64,000 nucleotides of DNA from an uncultured virus (IMG/VR IMGVR_UViG_3300033406_000383) (Duplodnaviria > Heunggongvirae > Uroviricota > Caudoviricetes): IMG/VR virus record IMGVR_UViG_3300033406_000383; one strand, 5' to 3'. This document shows positions 60,138 through 64,000 of the stretch, piece by piece (position 1 is the first letter of the stretch; the number at the start of each line of letters is the position of its first letter). The notes beneath the pieces were generated by a model. That model worked only from the letters and a program-made list of their open reading frames with translations, was not told where the DNA came from and made no database searches. A program made the position numbers and the translations under genes.

Positions 60138-60787
60138 AGGTTAACTTCCTTGAGTTCATCTTCGACCTTCTTAGTACCGTAGCCATCGCCTATGTATTCC
60201 TCAGTGAAATATGAAATGTCATAGGTTCCATCGTTATTAACTTTGACAATTCTGCAGTATTCTCTGTTTGTTGCTACGACTTGTCCTCGCTTAAACTTAG
60301 GCTCTGCGATGTATTCCTTGAGGAATCTCTGTTGCACAAAGAATACCTTGCCATCGCTGATTCTGCGGATTATTGTATCGTTGGATTCCTCGCATCTTCC
60401 TGGTAGTGTTAAGTTTATTCCTGTGATTTCATAAATACACTGTTTGCCATCGAGCGTTACTAGTCCTGACCACGATTCCTTTAGTTCTCCATTGACGAAT
60501 TCATAGGAATAACTTCCGTCTCTCGATGTAACCTTGGAACCCACTGTTAGCATTGATTTCTCGCTTTCATTGATTAATTCGAAGCTACTTTGATTACATC
60601 CACGCATGACTCTGCCATTGTCAAAGTTGAACCATGTCTTACTATTGATGTTGTCTATGGATATCGTGGCTTTCCATCCGATATCATAGTTAAAATAATA
60701 GGTGTCTCGGTCACTTCCTTGAGGCTTCCCAAAGTCACACCCTTGATCTACCGCGATTACCCTTTGTCCTTCTTTGAATTTACCCAT
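60134..60787 (-). CDS. protein with three KOW/SH3-like modules
   Basis: FKEGQRV, LTVGSKV, PKFKRGQVV; start placed at MGKFK after GGAGGAG. Confidence 0.65.
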   Translation of the reverse strand: MGKFKEGQRVIAVDQGCDFGKPQGSDRDTYYFNYDIGWKATISIDNINSKTWFNFDNGRVMRGCNQSSFELINESEKSMLTVGSKVTSRDGSYSYEFVNGELKESWSGLVTLDGKQCIYEITGINLTLPGRCEESNDTIIRRISDGKVFFVQQRFLKEYIAEPKFKRGQVVATNREYCRIVKVNNDGTYDISYFTEEYIGDGYGTKKVEDELKEVNL

Positions 60788-60826
60788 TGTATCTCCTCCG
60801 TTTCTTAGTTTCCTTTGGTTTCTCAT

Positions 60827-61591
60827 TTAGGCATGAGGAACCCATAGTTTAACCTCACCACTATGCCTATCATAGAGTTCTGGGGTTAATAACTTTGCCA
60901 TCCTAGCCATTAGCAATGCTTCTTCCTCGGTTTGTCCTTTGGATTCATAGATGGAAACGATGTTCTCCCAAGTTACCCCTGCTTCCAATGCAAGGCGAGC
61001 CTTCTTATCACCGATGCCCTTTGCACCACCAAAGCCATCTACTGAATCACCTTTGAGCGTCTGGTAATAATGATGCCACAATGCTGTCTGCGGATCAGTG
61101 ACTTCGAAGGTTTCACGTTTCCAGTTGTATACGGTGGTATTCCTAGTTGTTAGTAGGTCTTTATCTATAGAACATACGCAGGTATTATCCAAAGACTCGC
61201 CAAGGATACAAAGAACGTCATCGGCCTCCAAATTCTCCCAGCATTCACAGTCATACTTAGATTCTACGAAGGCTCTGACATCAGAGAGCAGCTTAGGCTT
61301 CGGTGCTGTTCTATTGGATTTATACAGTGGATTCAGTGTTTTGCGGAAGTTCTTAGAGTGACTAAGGCACATTGTTACCTTGTAATCCTCTGTCCGATAA
61401 AAGTGTTCTCTGACCTTTGCTATAATGTGAGCTACTTGGTAACTTAGGACTGCTGTAGCTTTCCCCAGGTCATATTCTTCGGTGACAATACCGTCTCCCC
61501 AGTCTACCTTGTTGCAACCTACGATGGCACTGGTAAAGCAGAGTATGTCAGCGTCAATGAGGATGTTCAGTGTTTTACTCAGGTTCATCAC
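60827..61591 (-). CDS. 5'-3' exonuclease (T7 gp6 / FEN-like)
   Basis: LIDADIL, NFRKTLNPLYKSNR, LEADD, SIDKDL, GDSVDGFGGAKGIG.K.A. Confidence 0.9.
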   Translation of the reverse strand: MMNLSKTLNILIDADILCFTSAIVGCNKVDWGDGIVTEEYDLGKATAVLSYQVAHIIAKVREHFYRTEDYKVTMCLSHSKNFRKTLNPLYKSNRTAPKPKLLSDVRAFVESKYDCECWENLEADDVLCILGESLDNTCVCSIDKDLLTTRNTTVYNWKRETFEVTDPQTALWHHYYQTLKGDSVDGFGGAKGIGDKKARLALEAGVTWENIVSIYESKGQTEEEALLMARMAKLLTPELYDRHSGEVKLWVPHA

Positions 61592-62309
61592 ACTCCTTTA
61601 GTTTCCTTTGGTTACTCACCCAGGCATAGCAAAGTTATTCCTTGTACCCAACGATATCGCAGAGATCAATGGCAAGATTGAATGTCGCTGTTTCTCTGCC
61701 ATATTTCAATGATAGCAACGAATCTTCGGATCTTACCTTGTTCTCCTTGATAAACCCTTGAACAACACTGACCAACCTTTGCAATTCTGCGAGTTCAGCT
61801 TGGGCATTAGTAAGTATTTCTTTGTGTTCATCGAGTAATCCTGGCATTTTATCATAGATATCGCCTAGATATAACTGTGATGCACTTAGTAATTCCAATG
61901 CTTCTGTGATGTGCTTTGTTTTCATTGGGTTCCCTCCTTATTCTCCAAGAATTACATTGCCATCATAGTCAATATCTACGAAACATACAATGTTATAGTC
62001 AGAGATTTCATTGTCTCCACTGCTCTTGTCATAGTACACCTGAGCATCCTGTGGCATTTCCTGGAGCTTTTCTATGAGTTCTTTGACTGTCATTGGGATT
62101 CCTCCTGTACTTCCCAAGATAAATCAATGTGCTCCCATGCCCATTCATTGACTTGCTGCTGAATTACTTCGTCTCTTTGTTCCTCGGTTTTACCTTCGAG
62201 CCATTCATCTGGTACTTCAATGACTCCCTTATGTTCGCCAATGGCGAAACCAGTACTCAATGCTACCTTGACTTTCATTGTTTCCCTCCTCGATTAACCT
62301 TATATACTT

Positions 62310-62338
62310 ATGATACTACATAGTTTCCTTTGTGTCAA
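62310..62338 (-). promoter_or_regulatory. sigmaA promoter with AGGAAACTA in the spacer
   Basis: TTGACA-caaaggaaactatgtag(17)-TATCAT. Confidence 0.8.
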
Positions 62339-62346
62339 TGGTTTCT

Positions 62347-63999
62347 TTAGGAGATTTTAAGTCTTTCTCGAATCGTTGTTTCCTTCTTGAATGCTTCGAG
62401 TTCAAAGAACTTCTGTCCAGCATCGCGTCTACATTTACCTATCTTGCAACTTATGACATTCTCAAGTTCTTGTCGCTCAATGTGGCTAAGTTCTGGGTTT
62501 TCCCCTGTTTTCCATAGTAATAATATGATATCACCAGTGGCTTCTAAGGCTCCCCCTCCCTTCATTTGCGAAATGTCAGGCTCAGACCATGATTTCACTG
62601 TGCGATTCATTTGACTCAATGGAACCAGGATAATATTGAACTTCCTTGCCATCGGCTTGAATGCTGTGACTTTCGCCTCGAATTCACTGAAGTCGCCCAT
62701 GCCAGCGATAAGTTGCACATAATCAATGAATACTACGTCCACTTTGCCATCAAAGGCATCATGGGTATTCGCGATGGCGATGCGCTCTTCGATTTGTTCC
62801 ATAGTGAGCCCAGGAGTATCAATGACTTTGAGGTACTTTTGAATCTGTGTGAATACCTTGGCATAATCAAAAGTCTTATCTCGGATCTTCTGTCGAAGTT
62901 CCCTGACTTCCATCTTATATATGTTAGCAATGATACGCTCATAGAGTGACCCAGCCGACATTTCGAGACTAAAGAATAATACATTGAGTTTCAATCGTAT
63001 CGCCATGTGCAATGCCATTTCCATAGCAACAAAGGTTTTTCCTACGGATGGCCTCGCTGCGATGAAAAACACATCAGACTTCCTGAGCCCTTCGAGGGAT
63101 TTGTCAATACTTGGGTATCCAATAGTAATTCCATCGTGATTAATAACCATATCCTGGCATTCCTTGACACATTCCATGGCATCCTTGAATTCTTTGATGA
63201 TATTGTCAGCGATGGAAGCCTTGGACATCTTTAAATATGTGGTAACATCGTCTAACTTCTGATCCCACCGTTTCGCGAGCATCTTGGCAATGTCGAGTTT
63301 TATCATTGGATTTTTCACAGTTGGCATGTATAGGTCTACCTCGCGATACTGTGCTTCAATGTCTTTACATTTGTCAAGGATCACTTCGAGACAATGGATA
63401 TCGATGTGCTTTGTGGGATGATCTGCGATTTTAACATTGTAAATCCCATAGGTATTAAGGATATGTATATCATTGGGGTCTTTGACCTTCTTAGTTTCGC
63501 CATTAGGGAACGTGAATTCTTCCTGGGGATATATAAATACTCTGATGTTAAGGTTGGCTTTGTACTTATCTAGCTTTTCCCTGAGTTTTATAACTTCCTT
63601 GACTCCTGTGGAATCATTATCCATCAACGCAACAAAGGTCATTCCCTTGTGCATCTTATCAATGTCCTTAAGGATTGCAATGTGTTCCTTGGTTAGTCCT
63701 CCGCTGAGGTATCCACAGGAATTTAACCCTTGCATCTCACATGAAGCAACATCGTAGAAGCCCTCGCAGATGTACAGTGTCTTGTCAACATGGATAGTCT
63801 TTCGGATACGATGGTAATTATAGAGAATCTTACCCTTCTCAAAGACTCCATCGGCATAACTGTTCTTATACGTTGGCTTAATGTCGCTGCCAGTGCGTCT
63901 CTTTGAAAAACCACTGCATCTCCCCCATGTATCAAAGATTGGAAAGATTATTCCTGGGAACACTGTCTCAGGTTTACTTTGGCTTGCTAGGAATGTGCC
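62347..63999 (-). CDS. DNA primase-helicase fusion (TOPRIM + DnaB-like), 5' end outside the window
   Basis: YKNS...FEKGKILY, ICEGFYDV, MDND; AARPSVGKT, FSLEM, IDYVQ, SQMNR; frame is open to the window edge. Confidence 0.93.
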   Translation of the reverse strand, partial: GTFLASQSKPETVFPGIIFPIFDTWGRCSGFSKRRTGSDIKPTYKNSYADGVFEKGKILYNYHRIRKTIHVDKTLYICEGFYDVASCEMQGLNSCGYLSGGLTKEHIAILKDIDKMHKGMTFVALMDNDSTGVKEVIKLREKLDKYKANLNIRVFIYPQEEFTFPNGETKKVKDPNDIHILNTYGIYNVKIADHPTKHIDIHCLEVILDKCKDIEAQYREVDLYMPTVKNPMIKLDIAKMLAKRWDQKLDDVTTYLKMSKASIADNIIKEFKDAMECVKECQDMVINHDGITIGYPSIDKSLEGLRKSDVFFIAARPSVGKTFVAMEMALHMAIRLKLNVLFFSLEMSAGSLYERIIANIYKMEVRELRQKIRDKTFDYAKVFTQIQKYLKVIDTPGLTMEQIEERIAIANTHDAFDGKVDVVFIDYVQLIAGMGDFSEFEAKVTAFKPMARKFNIILVPLSQMNRTVKSWSEPDISQMKGGGALEATGDIILLLWKTGENPELSHIERQELENVISCKIGKCRRDAGQKFFELEAFKKETTIRERLKIS

Positions 64000-64000
64000 C

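Noticed and set aside
1137..63999. Inteins or introns in dnaE, terL, nrdJ or helicase
   Set aside because: Frames are continuous, motif spacing is normal and no intein-like termini were seen; the endonucleases are free-standing
1..64000. CRISPR array
   Set aside because: No regularly spaced identical repeats with unique spacers; the 31-bp motif is dispersed, not arrayed
1..64000. Canonical tRNA or tmRNA genes
   Set aside because: No full cloverleaf recognised by eye; only the minihelix at ~37095-37135. tRNAscan-SE/ARAGORN not run
1..64000. Stop-codon reassignment
   Set aside because: Long genes are intact under code 11, and TAA, TAG and TGA all end genes at sensible boundaries

Overview
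A 64-kb segment of a long-tailed (siphovirus-like) dsDNA phage of a Firmicutes host. The lambda-like tail tip (gpJ/gpL-type proteins plus NlpC/P60) together with strong Firmicutes-type RBSs and sigmaA promoters suggests a diderm Negativicutes host (inference). Left to right: XRE regulator, HNH-AP2 endonuclease, DNA polymerase III alpha, lysis cassette, complete tail/head/packaging module (minus strand, ~5.6-39.3 kb), RepL-like gene with an origin-like region, nucleotidyltransferase + metallophosphoesterase, a divergent non-coding junction (~43.3-44.15 kb), a plus-strand cluster of small early genes, an antirepressor/XRE switch, and a minus-strand nucleotide-metabolism/replication arm (dUTPase, ThyX-like, class II RNR, dNMP kinase, 5'-3' exonuclease, primase-helicase running off the window end). 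The most notable unannotated signals: (1) a 31-bp asymmetric motif in 13 copies, always oriented with transcription and absent from the virion module, whose core AGGAAACTA also sits in the spacer of five sigmaA promoters; (2) a type I hammerhead ribozyme with a variant core and a pseudoknot in the early transcript; (3) a type I toxin/antisense-RNA-like pair as the first early gene; (4) an apparently catalytically dead tyrosine-recombinase fold; (5) a candidate non-canonical spanin; (6) probable ATA/ATT start codons; (7) several unexplained repeat and structured-RNA elements. All calls were made by eye from motifs; no database searches were run.
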